This document shows, piece by piece, positions 36,753 to 50,552 of a stretch of DNA of 64,000 nt. The number at the start of each line of letters is the position of its first letter. Positions within the stretch are counted from its first letter, which is position 1. A model generated the notes under the pieces. The model was not told the origin of the DNA. It was given only the letters and a program-made list of their open reading frames with translations, and did not search any database. The position numbers and the translations under genes were made by a program. Source of the DNA: Hypanus sabinus (lineage: Eukaryota); NCBI RefSeq assembly GCF_030144855.1, contig NC_082733.1, positions 32,054,001-32,118,000 on the forward strand. The letters are read 5' to 3'.

Positions 36753-38354
36753 TTATTCATTCTTTTGCTTTTTCTTCTGTGCAATGTGACAAAGTCTCTT
36801 CAGCGCTACAACCACCAGCACTATTGCCATGAGTAACATGGACAACAGTAAGACCATCACATCCACACAATAGTAAACATACCAGGGCAGTCGGTAGGAT
36901 TCAGAACGCAAATGTCCTGCTCCTTTGTGTCGGGCAACGTACTCAATCCAGAAAACGGCTCGCTCCATTGGCGACTGTGGTTGGTCCCGGTGGAGGGTAG
37001 AGAGTTTCTTCATGTTGTCCCGGTAAAATGTGCCATTTATCACCTCATGAAGTGCCTGCAATAGATTTGTGGAGTGCATGGTTGCAACATTAAGCACCTT
37101 TGCTGCACCTCGGGATTCAAGTCGAAGTAAATTGTCAAACTGATCAAAAATTAGAGGCATGCCAATCACTGGCACCCCGTGGTAGATGGCCTCGTAAATA
37201 CCATTGGTACCACCGTGCGAAATGAAGACTCGTGTGTTGGGGTGTCCCAGAAGGTCGTTCTGAGGGATCCATTTTCTCAGTAGTGTATTATTACCTACAT
37301 TGGGAGGGATTTCTCCATCATATCTCCAAATCACCTTCTGGGGTACTTGAGCAAATGCCTCAGCTATTTCCATTGTAATCTGCTTTGGCAAGGAATTGAT
37401 AACAGATCCTAATGACATCACTATAAGTCCATGCTTTCCTGAGCTTTGAACAAACTCTTCAAACTCTGCCGCTAGTGGTTGGGCTGGTTTACACTGGAAG
37501 CCTCCAATGTAGACAATATTTGGCATGGTGGGTCTTGGGAATTCAAGTAAAAAATCTACTCTCATCAGCCACACATCAGCCCTCAGCAGAATTGTCTTGA
37601 TATCTGTGTCTGGACTCAAATATCGATGACAGAGCTCATTGTATTTGGGATAAATGGTAAGTTCTACAATGGATTGAAAGATTAGATGTTGGATGAAGTT
37701 TTGTGTTCTTTGAAGAAAGGACATTTTGTCTGTTAGGTTTGAGCCTAAGATTGGGACATAAGAAAGGGGGGATGGGACAAACAAGAAGTGAGCCTCACCA
37801 GATTCTAACCATCGAACATTATACACCAAAGGAAGTTTTAAATAATAAGCAAGCATTGATCCAGTAACAAAAAAAGGGTCTGAAAGCACCAGGTCAAAGT
37901 TTGCCTTTTCAAGTTGGCTTAGTAATGTTTTGTTTTGAAATATTTCACTTATAATAAAATGGAAAACATTCTGACAGTTCCGCATAAACTGTAGAACTTC
38001 AGACTGGAACTCAATATTGTCACTGAAGCTCCAGCCATCCTTCCCAAGCTGAAGTGCTTTTTGAAGAATAAGACCAACTATATCCTTTACTTCAATGTTT
38101 TTCATTGGAATTACGATAGATTGATATAGGTTGGGCCTTTCTTTGATGTACCAACTTTTCTCAATATAAATCACCGTGAAGTTGTGTCCACGAGGTTTCA
38201 GTTTCTCCAAGAGAATTCTCATGTTGATCCAATGACTTCCATCGACAGGTACAACTAATACATTAGCTGACTGATTGATGGGACAAAGCAAGCTGATGAT
38301 AATACCAAAGAGAAATGGGACAAGTGCTCGGCTTTTCCATCCAGAACCTTCCAT
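36753..38354 (-). CDS. ugt5: UDP-glucuronosyltransferase (Ugt5-like), copy 3, N-terminal type B variant
   Basis: Intact ORF with the same motifs; private residues YLSPD, FLLEF, SVINSL; ATG at 38354. Confidence 0.93.
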   Translation of the reverse strand: MEGSGWKSRALVPFLFGIIISLLCPINQSANVLVVPVDGSHWINMRILLEKLKPRGHNFTVIYIEKSWYIKERPNLYQSIVIPMKNIEVKDIVGLILQKALQLGKDGWSFSDNIEFQSEVLQFMRNCQNVFHFIISEIFQNKTLLSQLEKANFDLVLSDPFFVTGSMLAYYLKLPLVYNVRWLESGEAHFLFVPSPLSYVPILGSNLTDKMSFLQRTQNFIQHLIFQSIVELTIYPKYNELCHRYLSPDTDIKTILLRADVWLMRVDFLLEFPRPTMPNIVYIGGFQCKPAQPLAAEFEEFVQSSGKHGLIVMSLGSVINSLPKQITMEIAEAFAQVPQKVIWRYDGEIPPNVGNNTLLRKWIPQNDLLGHPNTRVFISHGGTNGIYEAIYHGVPVIGMPLIFDQFDNLLRLESRGAAKVLNVATMHSTNLLQALHEVINGTFYRDNMKKLSTLHRDQPQSPMERAVFWIEYVARHKGAGHLRSESYRLPWYVYYCVDVMVLLLSMLLMAIVLVVVALKRLCHIAQKKKQKNE

Positions 38355-40274
38355 ATTAAGACGAATATCCAAAACCTGCTCGAGAATGGAAAAGAAATAC
38401 TGTTAACAAGACATCAATTTGTTATTCAATTAAATGTGCTAGGTTTTCTAAAATTGACTCCTTCTACCTTAGGCCACGAACTTATCAATCACACCTCGTA
38501 TGTTACATTCAACAATAGCTTATCAAATATTAGGCCAAAACTGATCAGTAAATGTTGCACTTCCATTTTGAACTTATGGTTCTTTTGGGAGCCAGCATGG
38601 ATTCTATGGCGCTCTTCTGACCAATACCCCAACTTCTCTTCCCAAGTCCATGGACAGAGAAGTCCTTAAGTTTCTCCCACAATCTCTTATTCCATCTATG
38701 AAGGAGAAGCTTGCTTGGGCACATTCAGCTAGTGCTGAGGAATCTGCCTGTTGAGTCTATGCCAACATAAACCTGGAATGGAAGATCAACTTTGTGCTTT
38801 ACAATGGAGGAGAATGGCTCCAGAAGAAATTAGTTTACATTTTATCATACACTTAATTTGAAATGTTTAAATGTTTTACATATTTCTTCATGATTGCTTC
38901 TGTAAGGTAATCCAAAGTCTTAACACGCATGAATTTGATGTGGATAAATCTCCCTGCCTCCGAGTCTTAATTGCCTTTTACATATTTTAGTGGCATTTTA
39001 CAACATGGTCAGTTTATTTTTTTTTATTTGGGAGATACAGTTCAATATAGAGTAGGTCCTGAGCAGCACCACCGACAAACTTCAATTTAAATCTAGATTA
39101 ATCACAGGACAATTTACAATAACCAATTAATCTATTAAACAGCATGTCTTTGGAATGTAGGGGGAAACCAGAGGATATGGAGGAATCGCAATCGTTCTAT
39201 GGGGGTGGGGGTGGTGGTTGAGTAGGTCCAAATTCCTTAGAGAGGACACTGAGAGTGATCTCCTACCTCCAATGCCCTGGGCTGCAATAGTGTTGTTCTA
39301 ACTGCAATGCCACTCATTATCCACCCGCACTTTGTTGGGAGGTGGGAAGCAATTGACACACCCAGAGCTCCACACTATGGTCAAAGGGGGAATGCTTATA
39401 CTACACAGAAAACATACCCTCCCCCGTTACATTTGCTGTTGCAGTTTCCTCAGAGATCTGTGGTAGTTTGTTGTCCAATGTAAATTTCCCTGGCGATGGA
39501 CAAGTGGGATGGAGGGTTTGGAAGACAAAATGTATGACAGAACATTGGGGAAATAAGGAAAGGAGAAAATGGGACCAATGTGGTTTTCTTTTGGGAGCCA
39601 GTGTGGACTCTGTGGGTCAAGCAACCTGACCAAAAGCCGACAGTAACTCAGATAACCTCACACCACAACGGTACTTAATAAAGTTGCCACTGAGAGTCTG
39701 TTTACTCTTAGATTCCAGTTAATTACACGTGATCTGGTAAACTGTACCTTTGCTGTACATTTGGAGACACTGACACTGGCCAAATCTTTTGGATTTATGT
39801 TCATCCAAGCTTCCTGCTTTTTGTCATCTGACTGGTGCAAGAATCTGTTACTTTGTCAAAACATCTTTACACCAGTAGGTAATTGTGAGTTTTAATTTAC
39901 TGGTGTTTCAACTCTCCCAACACTCTCTGAATCCCGGAGAAGGAAACTAAATTCGATCCGTGTCTACATCTTTTACAACTTTGGATTCTGTAAACGGAAC
40001 AGCGCCGCTCACCGGGACAATTAATATTCATCTCAAACATTATTTTCAGTTTTTAACAGCTATAACAACTTAATCCCCACGCTATTAAGCGAAGGAGAGG
40101 ATAAGAGGGAGTCGAATATTCATCGGTGAACCAGCCTTTCCCCCGATGCTGCTTCTAAGTATGTTCACTTTGCGAGAACTAGGCACACAGCTTCAGACCA
40201 GATTATAAATTGTGTCTGTAAGATTACTGTACTTTAAAGTTTCTGTACTTTTTGTCAATTAAATGTAACTTTTC

Positions 40275-40685
40275 ACTTACTTTTTAAGCCGATATTGAGC
40301 GTCCGAGGAAGTCTGGTCCTGGAGATAGCGATCAGGCAGGACGCAGCGAAGTTCAAGAATTTTCACACGGACCGGATTTTACAAAATCACCAGAAACCGA
40401 GTGTAAAGATATCTAAACTGCCTCGTCGTGGTTTATATCGGTTAGGGCTACCTGAATCACAGGGCGTGTATTCGTGCCAAGTAGGCGATGCCGATCACTA
40501 ATTGTTCTCGGAAAGTTGTTAGCACACACCTCCTTCAACAGCCGTAGTCCATGCCAATCATTTCAGAGGGTAAAAAGCGATTTCCTGTGTCTTTGGAGAG
40601 GCTCATGATTCCTTCATCCAGAACCTGGAAACCAGCGGGTATCCCTCGCTCATACCCTCTTCCCTTGTGATCCGCCCCGCACCTC
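40275..40685 (-). promoter_or_regulatory. Predicted promoter and exon 1 of UGT copy 3
   Basis: Same motifs; donor at 40280-40275. Confidence 0.55.
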
Positions 40686-42270
40686 CTGCAAGAGAGACCC
40701 TTTGTTTTCCAGAAACCGGACACTGCGGAGCACTCCCGATAGTTCCATGACATCCAACTGGAATGAATGTTACAGCACGTTACCAAAACAAGCCCAACTA
40801 ACTGACACAACATTCACAGGCTGAGCAAATGGCTCCTTATTTCCGCCACATCCAAAACTCTAGTCTACGAAGGTTAACAACACACAGCGTTTGCAGAAAA
40901 GCTGCTGAAAGCGTAAACGCACAGCAGTGGATATAGTACAAAACAGGTTCTTAACTCGAGCGTTGCATAGGGTAAGAACTGTTGTCATTTAGATGATCCC
41001 CAAGACCTGCGCATTAAACCAAGACAGAATCTTATTTCCCTTAAGGTTAAAAAATGAACAGAAACACTCCTTGAGAACCTCACACATCCTCTGTGATTCA
41101 CTACAAAGATGTCCACTTTGGTCTTTAAGGAGCCCTAATTTCTTTCCAGTTACCATTTTAAACCCTTAATACCATTATAAATCTCTTGGATTTTCCTTCA
41201 TCTTCTCTGCCGCATCTATCTCATGCTCCCTATTTTTCCCTTCCTCACTCCCATCTTGAGTAGACTCCTGCAAACCCCACACTCCTTCCAGGATTCATTT
41301 GATCCCAGTTGCCTGAACCTGACCCATGGCTCCTCATTCATTCTGAGCAGAACCTCAACACCGCACACTTAATTTTGATTACACTTGGCTCCCCAGGGCA
41401 ATCTGCATCTTTTTTTCTGTATTTAAGACACAACGCTCAGTGGCAACTTTACATAGTACACTTGTACAACTGCTCGTATATGGAAATCTCCAATTAGCTA
41501 ATAATGTGGCAGCAACTTAATGCATAAAAGCATGGTTAAGAGATTCAGTTGTTGTTCAGACCAAACATCAGAATGGCAAAGAAATGTGATCAAAATAACT
41601 CTAACATTGGATTATTTGTTGGTGCCAGATGGGGTGGTTTGATAACCTCACAGACTGCTGATCTCCTAGAATTTTCACACACAAGACTCTAGAAAATAGT
41701 GTGAAAAACAAAAAAGAACATGTCTTGTTAATATGTGAGGTTAGTGGTGAATGGCCAAACTGGTTTAAGCTGACAGGGGGAGACAAAAACTCAAATAACC
41801 ATAAATTTCAAAGTGTTGTGCAGAAAGTACTTGGTGTTTTACTCATGTCCTACTTCATGGGTTGTCGTGGGAGATGATTGAATACTCCAATGTTAACAGT
41901 GGTATTATGATATGGTACCTCCTGAAATTCTTGCTTCCATTGAGAATTGATGGCATCATTATCCTTTTGCCCACCTTTGGAGCGAAGGGGATTTAGGCCA
42001 TGATGGTTTGATTCATACGCTACCTTGATAGCAAAATAGGAACTCCTGATATCACCAGAGTCTGTGAGCTGTTGTATTTCTTGGGCCCTCTCAGTTAACT
42101 ACTGCTTCTTTATTTTATGTGACCGGCTTTCTCCACTGGCAGAAAATCTCCTGCCTGGGTTGTAGTGTGGCTTCCTTCCAGACAGAGGAACATTTGATAT
42201 GATTTTTATAGCACTTCATTTGCAGGAGAAAGCCCAGGAACAAAGTGTTCCACTTTATTTGGCCTGCATA

Positions 42271-43750
42271 TGTCATGGTGCGATCCTTGAAGCCCCATTC
42301 CGGCTCACGCAACCTGTGTCTGGGGCCTCGCCTTGCCTCTGCCTGGAGCCTTGCCCTGTTTGGAACTGTCTGTCTGTGTCCACGCCGTTGCTAGGTAGGT
42401 CCGGCCGTTTTGCCACTACGTAGCATTGGGAACTGTCTTGTCGTGTTCAGCGTTCTCTGTAATGAGTCCTGGCCCTATGTCCTGCATACAAGGAGGGGTC
42501 CTGGCTCAATGTTCCATGTTCCTGTCTCTCCCTCGACTCTGTGTTCTGCGATGCTGTTCTCCCTTGACCCAGGCTCTGTGTTCTGCGTTCCTGTTCTCCC
42601 TCAACCAAGGTTCTGTGTTCTGCGTTCCTGTTCTCCCTCAACCAAGGTTCTGTGTTCTGCGTTCCTGTTCTCCCTCAACCAAGGCTCTGTGTTCTGCGTT
42701 CCTGTTCTCCCTCAACCCAGGCTCTGTGATCTGCGTTCCTGTTCTCCCTCAACCAAGGCTCTGTGTTCTGCGTTCCTGTTCTCCCTCAACCAAGGCTCTG
42801 TGTTCTGCGTTCCTGTTCTCCCTCAACCAAGGCTCTGTGTTCTGCGTTCCTGTTCTACCTCAACCAAGGCTCTGTGTTCTGCGTTCCTGTTCTCCCTCAA
42901 CCCAGGTTCTGTGTTCTGCGTTCCTGTTCTCCCTCAACCCAGCCTCTGTGTTCTGCGTTCCTGTTCTCCCTCAGCCAAGGCTCTGTGTTCTGCATTCCTG
43001 TTCTCCCTCAACCCAGGTTCTGTGTTCTGCGTTCCTGTTCTCCCTCAACCCAGCCTCTGTGTTCTGCGTTCCTGTTCTACCTCAACCAAGGCTCTGTGTT
43101 CTGCGTTCCTGTTCTCCCTCAACCCAGGTTCTGTGTTCTGCGTTCCTGTTCTCCCTCAACCCAGCCTCTGTGTTCTGCGTTCCTGTTCTCCCTCAACCCA
43201 GCCTCTGTGTTCTGCGTTCCTGTTCTCCCTCAACCCAGCCTCTGTGTTCTGCGTTCCGGTTCTCCCTCAACCAAGGCTCTGTGTTCTGCATTCCTGTTCC
43301 ACCTAGACCAGGGCTCTGTGTTCTCGTCTTGTCAAAGTGCCTTGCCCAGCCCGGTGCTGGGATTCCCTCGTCCTGTGCTGTGGTTCCCTTCTCCTGTCCA
43401 GGAGTCTAACATCCAGCCCTGTGCCTCTCCTCGTCCTGTAGCCACGTCTTGTCCTCATCTGGTTCTGGAGTCTGAGCACGAGTCAATACCCAGGTTCTGG
43501 GTCCTTGTCCAGTCTCTGGCTCGGAGTCCAAACCCAGGCTCCTAGTTCCCAGTTCCATGTCCTGGTTCTGCTATCCTCGTCAAGTCCTAGCCCAGACCTG
43601 GAATCCTCGTCTCGTCCGGGGCCTCTGTCTTATCCAGCGTCCTTTCTTCCCCACTTTTCCTTGCTTCCTTCTTGCACCTAGCCCTGTTCCTGGTAGTTCA
43701 GTTTCTGTATCTTGCATATGGGTCCACTCCCAATTTCCCCCTTTATGACA
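42271..43750. mobile_element. Solo LTR-like insertion (unit 4)
   Basis: Same termini and TSD. Confidence 0.78.
42537..43325 (+). repeat. 37-bp minisatellite, 21 units
   Basis: 777 bp / 37. Confidence 0.96.
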
Positions 43751-45488
43751 TCATAGACCTTATAAAAGCATTTGGCACTGTTAATCATCCTGCCCTTTGG
43801 CAGGTACATTCTGTCCAAAGTCAGGTGGTCAGAGAAATACCTCAAGATCCTGCAGCTCCTACACAATGATATGAGTGAAAGATTCGTCAGCATCAGCAGC
43901 TCTGAAATGGCACCGTTTAAGGTTGAGACTAGGGTCAAACAGGGTCGCATCACCCCCCCCCCCCCCAACTCTGCTTGGCATTTTCATTGGAACCATTGTT
44001 CACCTCACAGGCCAAGACCTCCCAGAAAGAGTCCAGATTCTCTATAGGATGAGGTGGGTGTGCTCTTTATCCTTAACAGGTTCGAAGCATAGAGCAAAGT
44101 GTCAACTACTTCCATCATGGAAATCCAATCTGCAGATGACAACTCCAACACTGCTCACTCTGAGGAGGATCTGCGGTACATAATGGATGCTTTTACCAGA
44201 TCATACAATCTCCTGGGACTTGAGCTAACATCAAGACAAAACACAAGTCCTGCACCGAGACCCACAAGTGACCAGATATACCAGCATGAGAAGAATCATA
44301 CTCGACTATGAGCGATCGATGATGATGTGCAGAAGAGCATCTCTGAATACATAACACATTGAACCTTGAAGTGGATGGCTACAGCAGCAGATTAGAATGA
44401 ACATGCACTCAGTGGGCACTTTACTAGGTACAGGAGGTCATTAACCAACTAGCTATTAGGTGCACAAAAACCAATTATAAGTGTATCGTACTCAAGCAAA
44501 AAACAATGCAATTATTAAAAAATCGATTAGGTGTCACACAGATAAAAGCTCCAATCTGAACACATTTTAAGGCATCACAGTTTGGAGTGAATACAACAAC
44601 CTTTAAGCGGTGATAGGATAAAATATGAGGAGAATTTGCATTGTCTAGGCTTGTAATCAATTGAATCTTGATATTGCAATGGAGTAGAGATACAACATTA
44701 ATACGAGTGTAGGGGGGAGTTCAGGTGCACGCACTTTGCATGTCACAAACTCAGGGCATTTGGAACTCTCTCCACAAAAGTTGCTTAGAACGTTACTTGA
44801 TTGATGAGGATTGATAGAATTTTGAGCAAGTATGTAAAGGTTAATACATCCAAAACATTGATGGTATCTGAATGAAACAACAGGCTTGAGGGACTGTGTG
44901 GCTCATTCCTTGTGAATCCTAAGGATATTGCTGCCCATATATGTGCAGATGATATATGTATATACATTTCTGAAAGATGAAATCTAATAGTTGGGTATGT
45001 TACTCGTGATTCATACAAACAGCACCAAAGATACCCTTGACATTGAAAGTTGACCTATGCTGCATCAGCAAATATATTTTGGACCAAGCTACCACTAGAA
45101 TAGAATAGAATTAATTTGCCAGGCACTAAAATCAGAAAAGTTTCAAAGGAATATATATTTATTTATATAGAATATAAATATAAATCAATTAATTATGTAG
45201 TAACTATTTAAATTTTTTTAAAGTACATTTTTGTACACAATCAGTGACATTACATGGAATATGGCAAAGGAATATTACTTTATTAACAGAACTCAAATTG
45301 TTGTAACTATTTTAAAAACAAAAGTAATGTTTGTACATCGTCAGTGGCATAACATGGGTGTCACAGCAGTGTAATGGAACCTGATGCTTAGACATCGAAG
45401 AAACATACCAACATGAGTGATGTAAGACGAGACTGCACAAACATGATCAACCAATCTGAGAAATGTAGCAATTCCTGTTTAGCAAAAT

Positions 45489-48400
45489 AATAGACAATAG
45501 GTGCATAAGTAGACCATTTGCCCCTTCGAGCCTGCACCACCATTCTGAGATCATGGCTGATCATCTACTATCAATACCCGGTTCCTGCCTTGTCCCCATA
45601 TCCCTTCATTCCCCTATCCATAAGATACCTATCTATCTCCTTCTTGAAAGCATCCAGAGAATTGGCCTCCACTGCCTTCGGTGGAAGTGCATTCCAGACC
45701 CCCACAACTCCCTGGGAGAAGAAGTTTTTCCTTAACTCTATCCTAAATGACCTACCCCTTATTCTCAAACCATGCCGTCTGGTACTGGACTCTCCCAGTA
45801 TCTGAAACATATTTCCTGCCTCTGTCTTGTCCAATCCCTTAATAATCTTATATGTTGCAATCAGATCCCCTCTCAATCTCCTTAATTCCAGCGTGTACAA
45901 GCCCAGTCTCGCTAACCTCTCTACATAAGACAGTCCGGACATCGCAGTAATTAACCTTGTGAATCTACGCTGCACTTCCTCTATAGCCAGGATGTCCTTC
46001 CTTAACCCTGGAGACCAAAACTATACACAATACTCCAGGTATCGTCTCACCAGGGCCCTGTACAAATGCAAAATGATTTCCTTGCTCTTGTACTCAGTTC
46101 CATTTCTAATAAAGGCCATTCCATTAGCCGTCTTCACTGCCTGCTGCACTTGCTCATTCACCTTCAGTGACTGATGAACAAGGACTCCTAGATCTCTTTG
46201 TATTTCTTCCTTACCAAACTCTACACCGTTCAGATAATGATCTGCCTTCCTGTTCTTGCTCCCAAAGTGCATAACCTCACACTTATTCACATTAAATGTC
46301 ATCTGCCAAGTATCTGCTCACTCACTCAGCCTATCCAAGTCACCCTGAATTCTCCTAACATCCTCATCACACGTCACACTGCCACCCAGCTTAGTATCAT
46401 CAGCAAACTTGCTGATGTTATTCTCAATTCCTTCATTTAAATCGTTGATGTAAATGGTAAGCAGCTGTGGTCCCAATTCCAAGCCCTGTGGCACCCCACT
46501 AGTCACCACCTGCCATTCCGAGAAACACCCATTCACCGTTACGCTTTCCTTTCTATCTGCCAACCAGTTTTCTATCCGTGTCAATATCTTCCCCCCAGTG
46601 CCATGGGCTCTGATTTTACCCACCAATCTCCTATGTGGGACCTTATCAAATGCCTTCTGAAAATGGAGGTACACTACATCCACTGGATCTCCCTTGTCTA
46701 ACTTCCTGGTTACATACTTGAAAAACTCCAATAGATTAGTCAAGCATGATTTGCCCTTGGTAAATCCATGCTGGCTCGGCCCAATCCTATCACTGCTATC
46801 TAGATATGCCACTATTTCATCTTTAATAATGGACTCTAGCATCTTCCCCACTACTGATGTTAGGCTGACAGGACGATAGTTCTCTGTCTTCTCCCTCCCT
46901 CCTTTCTTAAAAAGTGGGATAACATTAGCCATTCTCCAATCCTCAGGAACTGACCCTGAATCCCAATGTATCCGCAATTTCCAGAGCCACCTCCTTTAGT
47001 ACCTTAGGACGCAGACCATCTGGACCAGGGGTTTGTCAGCCTTCAGTCCCATCAGTCGACTCATCACTGTTTCCCTCCTAATGTCAATCTCTTTCATTTG
47101 CTCTGTTACCCTATGTCCTTAGCCCATCCATACATCTGGGAGATTGCTTGTGTCTTCCCTAGTGAAGACAGAGCTAAAGTACTTATTAAATTCTTCTACC
47201 ATTTCTCTGTTTTCCATAACAATTTCACCGAATTCATTCTTCAAGGGCTCAACATTGTTCTTAACTATCTTGTTTCTCTTCACATACCTAAAAAAGCTTT
47301 TGCTATCCTCCTTTATATTCCTGGCTAGCTTGTGTTCGTACCTCATTTTTTCTCACCGTATTGCCTTTTTCGTAAATTTCTGGTGTTCCTTAAAAACTTC
47401 CCAATCATCTGTCCTCCCACTCACCTTAGCTCTGTCATACTTCCTTTTTTTTTAATGCTATGCAATCTCTGATTTCCTTTGTCAACCACTGTGGCCCCTT
47501 TCCCCCCTTTGAATCCTTCCTTCTCTGGGGGATGAACGGATTTTGCAGCTTGTGCATTATTCCCAAGAATACTTGCCATTGCTGTTCCACTGTCTTTTTC
47601 TGCTGTCTTTTCAGTTAATTTTGGCCAGCTCCTCCCTCATGACTCCATAGTCTCCTTTGTTGAACTGCAACACTGACATCTCCGATCCGCCCTTATCCTT
47701 CTCAAATTGCAGATAAAAACTAATCATATTATGGTCACTACCTCCTAATGGCTCCTTTACTTCAAGATCGCTTATCAAATCCTGTTCATTACACAACACT
47801 AAATCCAGAATAGCCCTGTCCCTGGTCGGCTCTCGTACAAGCTGTTCCAAGAATGCATCCCGTAGGCACTTTACAAACTCCCTATCCTGTGGTCCAGCAC
47901 CAACCTGATTCTCCCAGTTCACCTGCATGTTGAAATCCCCCATAACTACTGCGACATTACCTTTGCCACATGCCAATGTTAACTCCCTATTCAACTTGCA
48001 CCCAATATCCATGCTACTTTTTGGTGGCCTGTAGACAACACCCATTAGGGTCCTTTTGCCCTTACTGTTCCTCAGTTCTGTCTACACAGACTCCACTTCT
48101 CCTGATCTTATGTCCCCCCCACCCCCCGCAAAGGACTGAATCTCATTCCTCACCAACAGGGCCACCCCACCCCCTCTGTCCACATTTTTGTCCCTACAAT
48201 AGCACATATACCCTTGTACATTCATTTCCCAGGTCTGATCTCCCTGCAGCCATGACTCCATTATCCCAACAACATCAGAGTTACCCATTAGCACCTGGGC
48301 TTCAAGCTCATCCGCCTTATTTCTGACACTTCGTGCATTCAGATATAGAATTTTTAGCCTATTTCTCCTCTCTCTGTATGAATCGCTGCCTATTGTGCTT

Positions 48401-49497
48401 AACCCAGCTCCCTGAACTCCCATCGGGCTACACGCTCCTTGAATTTTGTTGTCCTTCCTAAATTTACTTATTATTTCTGCACATTTAACTCCATGTTCCG
48501 TCAGACCATCCCTCTGTACATGTGTCCTCCTCATCACTTGTTCCGCATCACCTTTCTATACTACACACTTAATATTCCGGAACCATGTAGTCCTCACCTG
48601 TCCTTTATTCTTCATCTCGCTATCCTCTCTCGCATTCTGGATCCCCGCCCCCGCAATTCTAGTTTACACACCCCCCACCCCCCAAGAAGCACCACCAAAC
48701 TTCCCTGCAAGAATGTTAGTACCGCTCAAGTTCAAGTGTAAACCGTCCCGTCGGAACAGATCCCACCTTCCCTGGAACAAAGCCCAAATATCTAAAAACC
48801 TGAAGCCCTCCCTCCTGCACCATCCTCTCAGCCACATATTAATCTGTATAATCCTTCTGTTCCTTGCCTCACTCGCACATGACACAGGTGGCAATCCTGA
48901 GATTGTTACCCTGGAGGTCCTGCCCTTCAACTTTGCACCTAACACCCTGAACTCACTACGCAGGGCCCCTTCACTCATCTTACCCACGTCGTTGGTCCCT
49001 ACATGGACCAAAACATCTGGGGTCTTGCCCTCCCTCTCGAGAATAACCTGCACCCGATCTGAGATGTCCCGGACCCCGGCACCAGGGAGGCAACATACAA
49101 TCGGAGACTCCCGATCTTCTCCACAAAATCTCCTATCTGCCCCCCTGACTACAGAATCCCTTATCACTACCGCTCTCTTCTCTTCCCTCCTCCCCTTCCC
49201 AGTCAAGGGTCCAACCTCAGTGCCAGAGACAGGACCACTGCAACTTGTTCAATGTAGGTCATCACCACCAACAGTATCCAAAACAGTATACTTATTCTTA
49301 ATGGGAACTGCCACACGGGTGCTCTGCTCTCTCTGTCTGCTTCACCTGCCTCTCATGACTGTCACCCATTTGCCTATCTCCTGTCTTTTTGGTGTGACTA
49401 CCTGCTGATAACTCTTATCTATCTCTGCCTCTACCTCCTGAATGATCCGTAGTTCATCCAGCTCCTGCTCCAATTCCCTAACTCGGTCTGATAGGAT
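45489..49497 (-). mobile_element. CR1-clade LINE (unit 4)
   Basis: Near-identical to the unit 1 copy, sharing its stop and 3-bp deletion in RT. Confidence 0.93.
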
Positions 49498-50552
49498 AAC
49501 ACACACAAAATACTGGAGGAACTCAGCAGGTCAGGCAGCATCAATGGAAATGAATAAACAGTCAAAAAGGATCAACAGTGCTGATGAAGGGCCTCACCTC
49601 AAAATGGTGTAATGTTCTTTTGTTAGTATCGAGGCTGTCTGACCTGCTGAGTTCTGCCAGCATTTGTGAATATTACTCTGGAATTCCAGCTGAATCTCTT
49701 GTGCTTATGAAATTGTACTCAGCTCCAACATTGTATATATCTATCTGTAATTAATTCTCCTTTATCAGAGCTTCAGTCAGATACTTGCATAATAATGCCC
49801 AGGGTTATTGACCAGAAAGTGTAGTTGGAAGATACTTCATTTAGTTATGTGATGAAGAAAACTCCATTACTCATTCATCAGCTTCAGATAGACAAACCAG
49901 TGGGGAGGAATAGGTAAAGAAGAGAGTCACAAAGAGAAAGTGTAGGGAGCGTGAGATTGGGGGGGTGGGGGTAGGGAAAGATGTGCCTCCTGTGTAAATG
50001 GCGAAGTTACCAAAAATGATGTGCTGAGCGGAGTGACTCCAGGTGCATATGCATTTGATGAGGAAATATTGCAAACTAGCTCAAACAACCAAAGAGGGAC
50101 ATTTTTGCCTGTTAAATCATGGCCTACAACAATGGTGACGAAGACCTGGAATGGGCAGCTATGACGAATTGTAAAGGGACAGCAATGTGACTTCTTACCA
50201 TTTGTCAATTGGTGGAGACATGACAGAATAGTTTGGAGAGTAGTCTTTCAGGCACAGAATTCCATGTTTTTTATGGTAGTATATGAATTACAAGTTAGTA
50301 TATCATATTTTAAATAATCATACATAAACATGAGTTTTCCTGTTTGATTTGATTTAGGTATTTGTATTTTGTTCCTGTTCATATCTTTGTACAAAAGATT
50401 TAAATCCACTGATATATTTCACTAATTTTTAAGAGGTTTGCTACATTTACAATATCTGAAAAGTAGGCTTCATGTATTGAAAACAAGAAAATCCTATTTA
50501 ATTAAGTGGAAAAAATTTAAAACACCATCTTCCAACACAAATGAGAGAAACC

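Larger units (their letters stand above)
41826..44325 (+). mobile_element. RTE-clade LINE relic (unit 4)
   Basis: Paralogous copy with the same TSD. Confidence 0.78.
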
